Positions 18,648-28,353 of a DNA stretch of 64,000 nucleotides are shown here, in pieces. The notes below the pieces were generated by a model, which worked only from the letters and a program-made list of their open reading frames with translations, searched no databases and had not been told where the DNA came from. The position numbers and the translations under genes are program-made. Within the stretch, counting starts at the first letter, position 1. The number at the start of each line of letters is the position of its first letter. The DNA lies in NCBI GenBank assembly GCA_964590255.1, contig CAZPYA010000001.1:18660-82659 (forward strand). Direction: 5' to 3'. The DNA comes from an uncultured bacterium (GTDB taxonomy: Bacteria > Armatimonadota > Hebobacteria > CAIYQO01).

Positions 18648-18715
18648 TCGGCCCCCATCCCCCAGCCCCTTCCCCCGCTCCACTGCGCTGCGCAAGGGAA
18701 GGGGAGCACGGTGCC
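18648..18715 (+). repeat. family E GC-rich repeat (TCGGCCCCC...CCGCTCCACTGCGCTGCGCAAGGGAAGGGG)
   Basis: Near-identical copies at 47697-47762 and a diverged copy at 58345-58410. A partial copy lies at 18545-18590. Confidence 0.7.
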
Positions 18716-18758
18716 ATGACGCGGCACACTCGACCACAATGTAGACGCTCAATATGCA

Positions 18759-18881
18759 CTACAGAGACGGACATTGAGACGTCATTCCGGGACGCGGTCA
18801 TTGACGATGCCACACGCAGGATGGTGATCGTCATGTGCCGTGATCGGTATGCGCAATCAATGACCGCGTCTGTAATGTAGC
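18759..18881 (+). mobile_element. MITE-like element, family 2, copy A (about 120 bp, TIR CTACAGAGACGG...CCGCGTCTGTAG)
   Basis: About 85% identical, in inverted orientation, to 39670-39784. Contains internal repeats of gcggtcattga. Confidence 0.7.
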
Positions 18882-18939
18882 GCGTATGGGGGTCGGGGAG
18901 GGGGGCGTCTAGGCAATCCACGGCGTCTAACCGCCATTT

Positions 18940-18973
18940 CCCCCAATCGATATGCTATCGATATGCTATAATA
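18940..18973 (+). promoter_or_regulatory. candidate extended -10 promoter (TGcTATAAT) overlapping two tandem 11-bp direct repeats (ATCGATATGCT x2)
   Basis: atcgatatgctatcgatatgctataat. Perfect TATAAT at 18967-18972 with TG at -15/-14, about 210 nt upstream of the SPFH gene. Confidence 0.35.
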
Positions 18974-19183
18974 CCAACTGAGGAGTGACAAGCAGCCGGA
19001 CGGGTTTCCGCTCCCGGTTCTGCACGTTGGTATTCCTCTTTGTAAAGGCCGTCAAAAGCCATTCCAACCGCCCATCTCAAGGCGCCGGCGGCAACGCGCC
19101 CGACGTTCGGCCCTGCAGGTCTCGCGCCTCCGCCGTGCGCCGGTGGCGTCCTTGAGGTGGGCACCCAAACCGATTCGAGGTGC

Positions 19184-19954
19184 ATGATGCCGTACCTGAT
19201 TGCCGCTGTTGTCGTCGCCATCGCGTTGTTCGTGCTGGCGAATGCCTATCGTCTGGTGATGGTGATGGAATACCAGCGCGGGCTGCTGTATCGCAATGGG
19301 CGTTTCGTGCGCGTGTTGGAGCCGGGACTCTATCGTCTGTTGCGCTGGAACACCACCGTTACGATTGTCGATACACGCCAGACCCAGCTCAGCCTGAGCG
19401 GCCAGGATATCCTCTGCGCCGACGGCGTGTCGGTGCGCATCACCCCGGCGCTGGTGTATCAGATCACCGATCCCGTCGCGGCCTATCACACCACAGCCAG
19501 TTACGACCAGGCCATGTATTTGACCGTGCAAACCATCCTGCGCGACCTGATTTCGCCGCTTACCATCGACGAGGTGATCGTCCAGCGGGCCGACATCGGG
19601 CAGCGCCTCACTGCACAGGCGCGCGAGCGCGTCGCCGCGTATGGCGTGACATTGCTCTCCGCGGAGATCAAAGACATCATCCTCTCCGCCGACATTCGCG
19701 AGGCCCTCAGCAAAGTCGTGCGCGCCCGCAAGGAGGGCCTGGCGGCGCTGGAGCGTGCCCGCGGTGAAACGGCCGCCCTGCGCAACCTGGCCAATGCCGC
19801 GCGCATGCTCGAGCACAATCCCCTGCTCCTCCAACTACGCACCCTGCAGGTCATGGAGCAATCCATAGGCAATACGTATGTCATCGGCGTGCCCCCGACC
19901 ACGCTGCAAGCCGCCACCGGCACGCCCATGCCGCCCAACGCCGAAACCGAATAA
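19184..19954 (+). CDS. SPFH/band 7 (stomatin/prohibitin/HflC-like) membrane protein
   Basis: N-terminal TM (MMPYLIAAVVVAIALFVLA) followed by a band-7 domain (YQRGLLYRNGRFVRVLEPGLY...VSVRITPALVYQITDP) and a C-terminal coiled-coil. Confidence 0.75.
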   Translation: MMPYLIAAVVVAIALFVLANAYRLVMVMEYQRGLLYRNGRFVRVLEPGLYRLLRWNTTVTIVDTRQTQLSLSGQDILCADGVSVRITPALVYQITDPVAAYHTTASYDQAMYLTVQTILRDLISPLTIDEVIVQRADIGQRLTAQARERVAAYGVTLLSAEIKDIILSADIREALSKVVRARKEGLAALERARGETAALRNLANAARMLEHNPLLLQLRTLQVMEQSIGNTYVIGVPPTTLQAATGTPMPPNAETE

Positions 19955-20138
19955 ACACCCCTGTTATGTTGACAGCGTGTCCGCCGCGCCTCGCGGTGCG
20001 ACGGACACGCTGTTGCTCGTAGCAGTATGCGCCGCCGCAATTGCCGCGGCGACGCGGGTTCAGTATACTGGTACCGGCATGTCCAACGACTTACACGAAT
20101 CGGTACCATTATCAGCGTGGCGGGTTCCCGGCCGCGTC

Positions 20139-21944
20139 ATGCACACGCCGGCCGCCCCCCTGCCCATGACGCGCGCGGAGATGGACGCGCGGGGGTGGGA
20201 GGCGTGTGACATCGTGCTGGTGACGGGTGACGCATATGTCGACCATCCGTCGTTTGGCGTGCCGCTGCTCGGGCGGTTGCTCGAATGGCTGGGGTATCGC
20301 GTCGGGATCGTCGCGCAGCCACAGGGCGTGGAGGATTTCACCGCGCTGGGGCGGCCCGTGCTCTGCTGGGGCATCTCCGCGGGGAATATCGACAGCCAGT
20401 TGATGCGGCAGACGATCATGCGGCGGCCGCGCACGGACGACGCCTACACCCCCGGCGGCCAGGCGGGATTGCGCCCGGCGAACGCGAGCATCGTCTATAC
20501 CACGCAGGCGCGGCAGGCGTATAAAGGCGTGCCCGTCATCCTCGGCGGGGTGGAAGCCTCGCTGCGGCGATTCGCCTATTACGACTACTGGTCGGACCGG
20601 GTGAAGCGCTCGTTGCTCTTCGACGCCAAAGCCGATCTCATCGTCTTCGGCATGGGCGAGCGCGTGCTGGCGGAAATCGCCGCGCGACTGCGCGACGGCG
20701 GCGACCTTTCCGGCATTCGCGGCACGGCGGAGGCGCGCAAGTCGCTGGATGGGCTGGAGGTGACCACGCTGCCCGCCTTCGAGGACGTGGCGGCGCCGAC
20801 TCCGGACGGGCGGCGCGCCTTCACGGAGATGGCGCGATTGATCCACCTGCACACCGACCCCGCCGACGCGCACGGGCTGGCGCAGCGGCATGGCGACCGC
20901 TGGCTGGTGGCGCATCCCCCGGCGCCGGCGCTCAGTACGGAGGAGATGGACCGCGTCTACGCCCTGCCCTTCACGCGCCGCCCGCACCCGCGGTATGGCG
21001 GCGCGCGCATCCCGGCGTACGACATGATTAAGGACTCGATCACCACCCACCGCGGGTGTTATGCCGGCTGCAGCTTCTGCGCCATCGGCGCGCACCAGGG
21101 GACATCGATCAGTTCGCGCAGCGCGGAGGGCATCCTCGCGGAGATCGACGCACTGACGCGCACGCCGGACTTCCACGGCACCATCAGCGACCTGGGCGGG
21201 CCGACCGCGAACATGTATCGCACGGGTTGCAAGCTCGGGCGGTCGCGCTGCGCGCACCGGAGCTGCCTCTTCCCCGCCGTGTGCAACAACCTCGATACCG
21301 ACCACGGGCCGGTGCTGCGGCTGATGCGCGCCGCCCGACGGGTGCCGGGGGTGAAGCACGTCTTCATTACCAGCGGCATCCGCTGCGACCTGGCGACCAG
21401 CGCCGGCGGGCGGGGGTATATCCAGGAATTGGCCGAGTACCACGTCTGCGGACGGTTGAAAATTGCCCCCGAGCATATCGCGCCCCGGGTGCTGGAGACG
21501 ATGCGCAAGGCGGACGCCGACTCCTACCGCGCCTTCGTCGGGGCATTTCACGCCTGCTCGCGCCACGCGGGCAAGCCGCAGCAGGTGGTGGAGTATTTCA
21601 TGAGCGGCCACCCGGGATGCACGCTGCAGGACATGGTGCACCTGGCCGAATACCTGCACGCGCACGGAATTACCCCGGAGCAGGTGCAGGACTTCTACCC
21701 GGTGCCGCTGACGCTGGCCGCCGCGATGTTTTACACCGGCGTGCACCCGCTGACCGGCGAGCAGGTCTCCGTCGCGCGCACGGATGCCGAGAAAGCGCTG
21801 CAGCGCGCCCTGCTGCTCTGCCACAACCCGGCCTTCCACCAGAAAGCCCGCGAAGCGCTCATCGCCGCCAACCGTGACGACCTGATCGGCTACGGTAAAC
21901 AGTGCCTGGTCCCGCCCAAAACGCCGCCCCGCCGAAAGGCATGA
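20139..21944 (+). CDS. ygiQ: YgiQ family radical SAM protein (UPF0313)
   Basis: PLPMTRAEMDARGWEACDIVLVTGDAYVDHPSFGVPLLGRLLE matches the YgiQ N-terminus, and CYAGCSFC is the radical-SAM cysteine cluster. The ORF could start further upstream, at 20079 or 19878. Confidence 0.75.
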   Translation: MHTPAAPLPMTRAEMDARGWEACDIVLVTGDAYVDHPSFGVPLLGRLLEWLGYRVGIVAQPQGVEDFTALGRPVLCWGISAGNIDSQLMRQTIMRRPRTDDAYTPGGQAGLRPANASIVYTTQARQAYKGVPVILGGVEASLRRFAYYDYWSDRVKRSLLFDAKADLIVFGMGERVLAEIAARLRDGGDLSGIRGTAEARKSLDGLEVTTLPAFEDVAAPTPDGRRAFTEMARLIHLHTDPADAHGLAQRHGDRWLVAHPPAPALSTEEMDRVYALPFTRRPHPRYGGARIPAYDMIKDSITTHRGCYAGCSFCAIGAHQGTSISSRSAEGILAEIDALTRTPDFHGTISDLGGPTANMYRTGCKLGRSRCAHRSCLFPAVCNNLDTDHGPVLRLMRAARRVPGVKHVFITSGIRCDLATSAGGRGYIQELAEYHVCGRLKIAPEHIAPRVLETMRKADADSYRAFVGAFHACSRHAGKPQQVVEYFMSGHPGCTLQDMVHLAEYLHAHGITPEQVQDFYPVPLTLAAAMFYTGVHPLTGEQVSVARTDAEKALQRALLLCHNPAFHQKAREALIAANRDDLIGYGKQCLVPPKTPPRRKA

Positions 21945-22159
21945 ACCTTTGCCAGTATGCACGCATCGCATGCGCCATTGTCCGAAGGATAATAATGCTA
22001 CAGCCCAGGGTAACCACCCGTGGATTCAGTATGCATCGCTGATATTGAGCCCCAACGGGATGACTGCACAGTCTGTCGCCCCGTTGGGGCTCTTTGGTAT
22101 GGTAGAGACTTGTCCCACGGGTTGCACCCGTGGCTATGTTCACGCACCCCTTGGGGGTG

Positions 22160-23332
22160 TCATGCCATCTCCTCGAGGAACCGCATGCACATGAATAGCC
22201 CGCGCGGGACGTGGAAGCAGCCTTTCCACTTGCCGCCTTTCAGCGGCAGCAGCACTTCGCCACGGCGGTTCAGGTAGCCATACCACTCGCCGTATTCGGC
22301 ATCGGGGAAGTGGCTCCAGGTGTAGGCGTGCACGCGGTCGTACCACGCCTTCAGGCTGGCGCGGCCGGTCAGCTTGTAGCCGAGGATGAGGCCGACCAGC
22401 GTCTCCACATGCACCCACCACAGCTTCTGGTCCCATTCGAGCTGTTGCGGCGGTTTGCCTAACGCGTCCATGAAGTAGAAGATGCCCCCGTACTGCTCGT
22501 CCCAGCCGAAGGCGAGCTGGTCTTCCATCGCGTCGACGGCCCGCTCCACCATCGCGCGGTCGCCCAGTTGGTCGGCGGCGTGCATGACGAACCACATCGC
22601 CTCGATGCCGTGACCGGGGTTGATAAGGCGGCCGTCGAAGGTGTCGGGGTGGCTGCCGTCCGGGGCAACGTTCTCGAAGATGAGCTTGCGCTCGCGGTCG
22701 ACGAAGACGTCCATCACTTCGCGCAGCTTCTCGCGGATGGTCGCCTCCACCGGGTAGTCGGGCAGCGAGGCGCCCAGTTCCATCGCCAGGTTCACGGTGA
22801 TCATCGGCAGCACCATCGAGCGCATTGGCCGCGTGCCGGGCACGATCTTGCTGTATTTCCCCTTCGGGTTATCCCAGCGGGCGAGGATGCGCTCGAAGGT
22901 TTTCACCGCCACCTGCGCCGCCCACGCCTCGCCGCTGGCCCGGCCGAACTCCGCGAAGGCCATGGCGGCGAAACAGTCGGAGAAGACGCTGTACGGCTGA
23001 ACCAGCGGCGTTCCGGCGCGGTCCAGCGCGAAGTACCAGTCGCCCCGATCGTCGCGTCCATGTTCCGCCAGAAAGCGCGCCCCCAGCGACGCCATCTCCA
23101 GCCACGCCGGCCGCGCCTCCAGCGCGTTATACAACTTGGAGAACATCCACACCTGCCGCGCCTGCAGCCAGATGAATTTGTCCGTGTCGAAGACGCTCCC
23201 GTCGCGGTCGAGGCAGGTGAAAAACCCGCAGCATTCTCGATCCGGCGAATGCGTCTCCCAGAAGGGAATCACGTCGTTCAGCAGCGCGCTGGCATACTGG
23301 TCGCGCAGGGGTTTGGGGTTGTTGAGTAACAT
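22160..23332 (-). CDS. N-acylglucosamine 2-epimerase (AGE) family protein (cellobiose/mannose epimerase-isomerase-like)
   Basis: 390 aa of (alpha/alpha)6-barrel AGE-family-like sequence (FWETHSPD..., [24 protein letters not shown]). ATG at rc 23330-23332 with a GAGG RBS. The GTG at 23344 overlaps the upstream stop (GTGA). Confidence 0.75.
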   Translation of the reverse strand: MLLNNPKPLRDQYASALLNDVIPFWETHSPDRECCGFFTCLDRDGSVFDTDKFIWLQARQVWMFSKLYNALEARPAWLEMASLGARFLAEHGRDDRGDWYFALDRAGTPLVQPYSVFSDCFAAMAFAEFGRASGEAWAAQVAVKTFERILARWDNPKGKYSKIVPGTRPMRSMVLPMITVNLAMELGASLPDYPVEATIREKLREVMDVFVDRERKLIFENVAPDGSHPDTFDGRLINPGHGIEAMWFVMHAADQLGDRAMVERAVDAMEDQLAFGWDEQYGGIFYFMDALGKPPQQLEWDQKLWWVHVETLVGLILGYKLTGRASLKAWYDRVHAYTWSHFPDAEYGEWYGYLNRRGEVLLPLKGGKWKGCFHVPRGLFMCMRFLEEMA

Positions 23333-23340
23333 CGGATACC

Positions 23341-24783
23341 TCACACACTCGTCACGGTATTATACGGCCGCAGTGCCCGCGCCAGCAGCTCACTATCGCT
23401 CCGGTGCGGGTTCCACAACATCTCGGCGAAGAGGGCCACGCCGGGCTGAATTTTCGCCTCAAACATGCCGTCTTCCACCAGGCCGGTGGCCAGCACGTGC
23501 GGGTTGATGGCGGTTACCTCGCGGTAGAAGCGCGCGGCCAGCGGGTAGTGCCGCAGCCAGGCGGCGTTCACCGCGTTCCACTCGCCCTGGCGGGCGGCCA
23601 GCCGCTCGCGGAGGTAGGCGGGTTCGCGTTCGCCGATGAGGCAGGGACCGTGCTTGGCGAATTCATCGTCCCAGCGCAGGCACGTCCACCCCTTCGGCAC
23701 CAGCGCGAAGGGCGTGCCGGGGCGGAAGGCCGCAAGCTGTTTGGCATATTCCAGCGTTTCCTCGTACCCCTCGACGTTCGGCGAGTAGCTGAACGGCAGC
23801 GCGCCGGCATCCTCCCAGGTGATGATCATGCGCGGGTCCAGCGCGGCGAGGTCGGTGTAGTGCGCGCGGATGGAGGTGGCGTGCAGCCCGAACTGGACCG
23901 ACAGCGCCGGGTTTTCCGCGTAGAGCGCCTCCGCCACGTCGTTCACCAGCTCCGCCGCCCACGCCGCTACGCTGCGCCCGGCCATCTCCTGGGTGGCGTG
24001 CTCGGTCAGCGTTTGAAAATAGATGCCGTCGATGGGCAGGCCGGCATATTCCGTGTGGTACACGCCCAGCGCCAGCTTTTTGATGAAGGCGCGGTCCTCC
24101 GCCTTCGTCAAGTCCAGGTTGTCGTAGCCCCATCCCCAGTTGTAGCCGGCGATGAGCTGAATGCCGCGCGCGTGGGCGGCGTCGGCGATCTCCCCCAGGT
24201 TCAGCGGCGCCTCGCTGTTCCACAGCGTCAGCATGTTCATCTTCAGCCGCGCCATGTGGTCGAGATAGCGGGTGTAGTCGTAGAGCACGTAGCCCCACGT
24301 CCACAGCCCGCGGTCGCGCACCGCCGGCGCTTCCGCCTGGCAGCGGTCGGCCATCCCGGTCAGCACCCCACGGCGCTTCAGCGGCTTGTCCAGCGGCACG
24401 CTCTCGTCATCGAAGGATGCCAGGTACTCCTGCACTCCATACAGCACCCCCGCCGCGTCCGCCCCGGCGATCACCACCAGCCGATGCTCCGCATCCCACG
24501 GCGCCGGCCCGATCCACAACGTATACCCCTGCGCCCCCGGCGGCGCGGGAATCACCCCGCCATTGATGAGCCGCGCGATGTGCGGGTTCGTCGCCGCCGT
24601 GCCGACCAGCAGCACGTGCTCCAGCTTCGCCGGCTCGGCCTCCGCCCCCGCTACCAGCGGCAGCACGTACGGCACGTAAAATTGCACGCCGCGGTAGAGC
24701 GCCGTCACCGCGTACCGCTCTACGCCGCCATAATCGCCGTAGAGGATCGTCCATCGCTGTTCGCCGGGGGTTAAGTCGACCAT
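23341..24783 (-). CDS. putative glycoside hydrolase-like TIM-barrel protein (GH20/DUF4838-like); family uncertain
   Basis: 480 aa from the ATG at rc 24781-24783. The 153-aa track ORF N-extension runs through the REP cluster and is rejected. Motifs [11 protein letters not shown] and [12 protein letters not shown]. Co-directional with AGE and DUF4434. Confidence 0.5.
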   Translation of the reverse strand: MVDLTPGEQRWTILYGDYGGVERYAVTALYRGVQFYVPYVLPLVAGAEAEPAKLEHVLLVGTAATNPHIARLINGGVIPAPPGAQGYTLWIGPAPWDAEHRLVVIAGADAAGVLYGVQEYLASFDDESVPLDKPLKRRGVLTGMADRCQAEAPAVRDRGLWTWGYVLYDYTRYLDHMARLKMNMLTLWNSEAPLNLGEIADAAHARGIQLIAGYNWGWGYDNLDLTKAEDRAFIKKLALGVYHTEYAGLPIDGIYFQTLTEHATQEMAGRSVAAWAAELVNDVAEALYAENPALSVQFGLHATSIRAHYTDLAALDPRMIITWEDAGALPFSYSPNVEGYEETLEYAKQLAAFRPGTPFALVPKGWTCLRWDDEFAKHGPCLIGEREPAYLRERLAARQGEWNAVNAAWLRHYPLAARFYREVTAINPHVLATGLVEDGMFEAKIQPGVALFAEMLWNPHRSDSELLARALRPYNTVTSV

Positions 24784-24805
24784 ATTGACAACCTTTCCGA
24801 ACCAC

Positions 24806-24990
24806 GGACCCCTCCCCGAAACGGGAGAGGGGGGTATCAGCCGAAGGAAAACTGTGTAAGTATACCTCCGGTGCTGTCGCGCGCACCTAACCCCCGCCCC
24901 CTTCCCTATGAGAGAAGGGGAGCTATATCCGTCACCGGTCCCCTCTCGCCCGGTTCGGGGAGAGGGGACGGGGGTGAGGGGGCGAACGAA
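24806..24990. repeat. cluster of GC-rich hairpin repeats (cggacccctccccgaaacgggagagggggg; gtcccctctcgcccggttcggggagaggggac; ...cgaacgaaagtcgccg) between two cistrons
   Basis: Shares the cggacccctcccc head and the ccgaacgaaagt(t/c)gccg tail with 61463-61615. Confidence 0.7.
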
Positions 24991-24998
24991 AGTCGCCG

Positions 24999-25976
24999 CT
25001 ACCGCAATTCCAGCCCCTCCCGGTACCCCTGGTACGCCCAATACAGCCGCTCCGTCTCCGGCACGCCCAGCTCCGGGCACACCTGCTGCGAGGTCATGAT
25101 GCCGGGCATGGTGTAGGCGACGATGCGGTCGACGTGCGGGGCGGCGGTGCGCATCTGCGTGCGGATGCGGTCGAATGGGCCGGGCAGCAGCGGTTGGAAG
25201 TGGATATCGTTCTCGAAGCGGAACAGCTCGGTGTTCGCCCACAGTTTCACGTCCGTCTGGTCGTGTGCCCAGCGGAAGATTTCGAAGACGCGGTCATTCT
25301 GCGCCGGGTCCTGCGGGCGGGATTTCGTGGTGAAGCCGATGCCGTCCTGGTAGGCGATGATGTCCATGCCACACTCGGCGATGCCGCGCACCAGGTTGTC
25401 GTTCTTCGACAGTTCGCCGCGCCAGTACGGCGAGGTGATGCGCGGCAGGCCGGGGGTCAATTCCGCCCAGAATTTGCCCAGTTTCGCGTTGTAGTGTACC
25501 TGCTCCATGCTCCACTCACCGTTGGCCAGGTACAACTCGGCGGCGGTGTACCATCCCGCGAAGGACGGCTCGTTGCCGTAGCGCTCCAGCATCTCTTCCG
25601 AGACGCGCTTGTACCAGTCCAGCGACTCGTCGGACGTGGGGCCATACCCCTCGCCGAAGGTCATCGGCAGATAGCCAATGCCGGGGAAGAGCTGAATACC
25701 CTCCACGCTGCACGCGCGGAAGATGGCGCCCACCGGGTCGGCGCAGCCGGTGGGGAACTGGTCCTTCATCACCTTCGACGGATACAGCGCGATGCCGTCC
25801 TTCGCCACGTTCTGCAGCATGAGGATTTCGATGCCCAGGTCGCGCTTCAGGTGGCGCACCAGCGTCATCCACTCGTCGTCGGTATAGGCAATCGTCTTCC
25901 GATTCCAGTAGACGCCGTCGCGCGGGCACACGTGCATCACGTCGATCCAGGTGCCGGTGATGAGGGGAACAGCCAT
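24999..25976 (-). CDS. DUF4434-like glycoside-hydrolase-fold protein
   Basis: 325 aa, MAVPLITGTWIDVMHV..., resembling DUF4434 TIM-barrel proteins. Family assignment is from memory. Confidence 0.55.
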   Translation of the reverse strand: MAVPLITGTWIDVMHVCPRDGVYWNRKTIAYTDDEWMTLVRHLKRDLGIEILMLQNVAKDGIALYPSKVMKDQFPTGCADPVGAIFRACSVEGIQLFPGIGYLPMTFGEGYGPTSDESLDWYKRVSEEMLERYGNEPSFAGWYTAAELYLANGEWSMEQVHYNAKLGKFWAELTPGLPRITSPYWRGELSKNDNLVRGIAECGMDIIAYQDGIGFTTKSRPQDPAQNDRVFEIFRWAHDQTDVKLWANTELFRFENDIHFQPLLPGPFDRIRTQMRTAAPHVDRIVAYTMPGIMTSQQVCPELGVPETERLYWAYQGYREGLELR

Positions 25977-26155
25977 CGGTTACACTCCTTGAATGAGGTA
26001 AGGCATGTATTTCGCGGAGCACCAGCGAAGTCCTGCCCCCAGGGAGCGCGGATTTGTAATCCGCACGAATCTAGACGAGCCCAATAGGTCGATACGCTTT
26101 TCATGCCACGAGTAACAGGATTTCACCCACCCAGCCCCGAATATTCACTTAATAC

Positions 26156-27253
26156 ATGCTAACAAGGATTGACACCATGACCGAACGTGATCGCTTTTAC
26201 GCCACCATGCGCTACCAGCCGGTGGATCGCCGCCCGCTGCATCTGGTGGGCCCGTGGCCGGATACATTGACGCGCTGGCGGCGCGAGGGGCTGCCGGCGG
26301 GGGTGGATCCGCACGCCTACCTGGGCGTGGAGTCGATGTCGACGATCAATCTCAGTCCGAACACCGCGCTCTTTCCGTGTTACGAAGAGCGAACGCTGGA
26401 GGAAGACGACACCATCCGCATCTTCATCGACAGCTACGGCCGCACGGTGCGCGATTTCAAGGACCACACCTCCATGCCGGAGTGGCTGGACTTCCCGGTG
26501 AAGACGCCGGAGGACCTGCGCCGCGTGCTGGACGAGCACTACCAGGTGGACGATATTGACGCCCGCTTCCCGGCGAACTGGGCGGAGAAAGCGGCGGCGG
26601 CCAACGCGTCGGATAAGCTCATTGTGATGGACGGCGGCTGCTACTACTGGACGCTGCGCTCCCTCGCCGGGGTGGAATACGCCAGCTACCTCTTCTACGA
26701 CGCCCCCGAGCTGGTAGACGAACTCTTCGAACGCTATTGCACGGTGGTGCTGGAAGGCCTGCGCCGCGCGGCGGCGGTGGGCCGGGTGGACTGCATGGGC
26801 TTCGGCGAGGACATCGCCTACAAAACCGGCCCGCTGGTCTCGCCCGCCATGTTCCGCGAGTTCATCCTCCCCCGCGACCGCCGGGCGATGGAACTGGCGC
26901 ACAGCCTGGGCGTCGAACTGACCTGGTACGACAGCGACGGCGACGTGCGCCTCTTCATCCCCGACTACCTGGAAGCCGGCATCACCTGCCTGGCCCCCTG
27001 CGAGGTGGCGGCAAACATGATCCCCACCGAGCTGCGCAAGGAATACGGCCGCGACCTGCGCATGATCGGCGGGCTGGACAAGCGCGAGATCGCCCGCGGC
27101 CGCGCCGCCATCGACGCCGAAATCGCCCGCAACCGCCCGCTCATCGAAGAAGGCGGCTTCATCCCCGCCATCGACCACTCTGTCTCGTCCGACATCTCCT
27201 GGGACGACTACCAATACTTCATCGAGGCGATTCAGCAGGCGATTGTGGTGTAG
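26156..27253 (+). CDS. uroporphyrinogen decarboxylase (URO-D) family protein, paralog 2
   Basis: 365 aa, same family as 17279-18214. The likely start is the ATG at 26177 (MTERDRFYATM). Confidence 0.65.
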   Translation: MLTRIDTMTERDRFYATMRYQPVDRRPLHLVGPWPDTLTRWRREGLPAGVDPHAYLGVESMSTINLSPNTALFPCYEERTLEEDDTIRIFIDSYGRTVRDFKDHTSMPEWLDFPVKTPEDLRRVLDEHYQVDDIDARFPANWAEKAAAANASDKLIVMDGGCYYWTLRSLAGVEYASYLFYDAPELVDELFERYCTVVLEGLRRAAAVGRVDCMGFGEDIAYKTGPLVSPAMFREFILPRDRRAMELAHSLGVELTWYDSDGDVRLFIPDYLEAGITCLAPCEVAANMIPTELRKEYGRDLRMIGGLDKREIARGRAAIDAEIARNRPLIEEGGFIPAIDHSVSSDISWDDYQYFIEAIQQAIVV

Positions 27254-28127
27254 ACTGGTCGTCAACGATACCGGCGATGCCCATCAGCGCCAGATACTCG
27301 ATGGCGATCAGTACGGGCGAGAGGATGATATTCAGGCTCATCGTCATGCCAGCGGTGGTGCGCGGCAACATGCTGACATCAAGCAACACGAGTTGCCATG
27401 CCTGCCGGGTGATGGCGACGAGAGCCGCCGCGCGCACCCACCCGCGCAGCCATGGGAGCCGCCAGCCGGCATAGACGCCGGCGAACAGCGCGCAGACCGT
27501 CGCGACGATGGCCAGTGTGAGCCCTATGGCGTGCGCCGGTGGGTAGTGCCCCTGCGCGATAACCTGCCACCAGATGCGGCCATCCGTGGGCAGCAGCAGG
27601 AGACGCAGGCCTTCACGCCACCAGACCGCGGCGGCCAGCAGAACGGCGCCGGACGACAGGCACGTCATCCTCCCGCTCAGGTAGCGGCGGCAGGCCCACG
27701 CCATGCCAATTTCCGCAAGCGCCGACAACGTCGCCAGGCCGGAAAGCGTGCCTTTATAATACAAGGCCAGCGGCGAAGCCAGCGTCGCGGGCAACTCCGG
27801 CAGAATCGCCAGCAGCCAACCAACTGCCTGCAGCAGGATAATGACCAGTAACACGGGACGCAGCACACGGGATGCCGCGAAGCGACCAGACAGCACCATG
27901 CCTCCGGTCACCAGCAACCAGACTGCCACCGCGGCGCCGGCGACCGCGCGACCGACCGCCAGTCCGGGCGCCCAGGCGCCAAGTCCCGAAGGCGCAGACA
28001 GGGTGAACACACCGGCTATGTTAATCAACACAGCGGCGCTGCCCAGCGCCCAACGCAGGCCCCAGGCCAGCGCCAGCAGTCCGAACAACCGGGATTCTAC
28101 CTGGCGAGACGATGATGCGGCATCCAT
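27219..28127 (-). CDS. hypothetical polytopic membrane protein
   Basis: 302 aa, about 8 hydrophobic segments. The 3' end overlaps the convergent URO-D gene by about 35 bp, so the exact stop and start are uncertain. Confidence 0.45.
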   Translation of the reverse strand: MDAASSSRQVESRLFGLLALAWGLRWALGSAAVLINIAGVFTLSAPSGLGAWAPGLAVGRAVAGAAVAVWLLVTGGMVLSGRFAASRVLRPVLLVIILLQAVGWLLAILPELPATLASPLALYYKGTLSGLATLSALAEIGMAWACRRYLSGRMTCLSSGAVLLAAAVWWREGLRLLLLPTDGRIWWQVIAQGHYPPAHAIGLTLAIVATVCALFAGVYAGWRLPWLRGWVRAAALVAITRQAWQLVLLDVSMLPRTTAGMTMSLNIILSPVLIAIEYLALMGIAGIVDDQSTPQSPAESPR

Positions 28128-28189
28128 GATCGGTTACCATTTCACCGGGGGCGTCCGTCGTGACGCCCCCGGCCATGACGGCATCTCTT

Positions 28190-28353
28190 AGAAACTGTTT
28201 TCAAAGTGCTCGCAGTCGTCTCACGGGTCTGGTTCGCGCCTGGCGGCGTTGGATTCGCTGGCATGTATCACTCGATACACTCTCGCGAATCCGCCTGGCC
28301 AGCCACGAACCAGCCTCCATGATCCGACTACGATCACTTTGAAGACAGTTTCT
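28190..28353. repeat. 164-bp nested-hairpin structured element (outer arms AGAAACTGT(T/C)TTCAAAGTG, inner hairpins ggattcgc...gcgaatcc and tgtatc-gagt-gataca)
   Basis: The outer 19-bp inverted repeat is at 28190-28208 and 28335-28353, and the imperfect arms extend about 50 bp. The right arm abuts the lipoprotein stop codon. No second copy was seen in the window. Confidence 0.65.

Noticed and set aside
18308-18880. 190-aa and neighbouring small ORFs across 18300-18900 and 5298-5971
   Set aside because: They are composed entirely of MITE/REP sequence, and the same pseudo-peptides recur wherever the repeats occur.
23341-25242. 633-aa ORF extending the GH-like gene through the REP cluster
   Set aside because: The N-terminal 153 aa are translated from GC-rich hairpin repeats (PVPSPRTGREGTGDG). 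A genuine start with an RBS lies at 24783.
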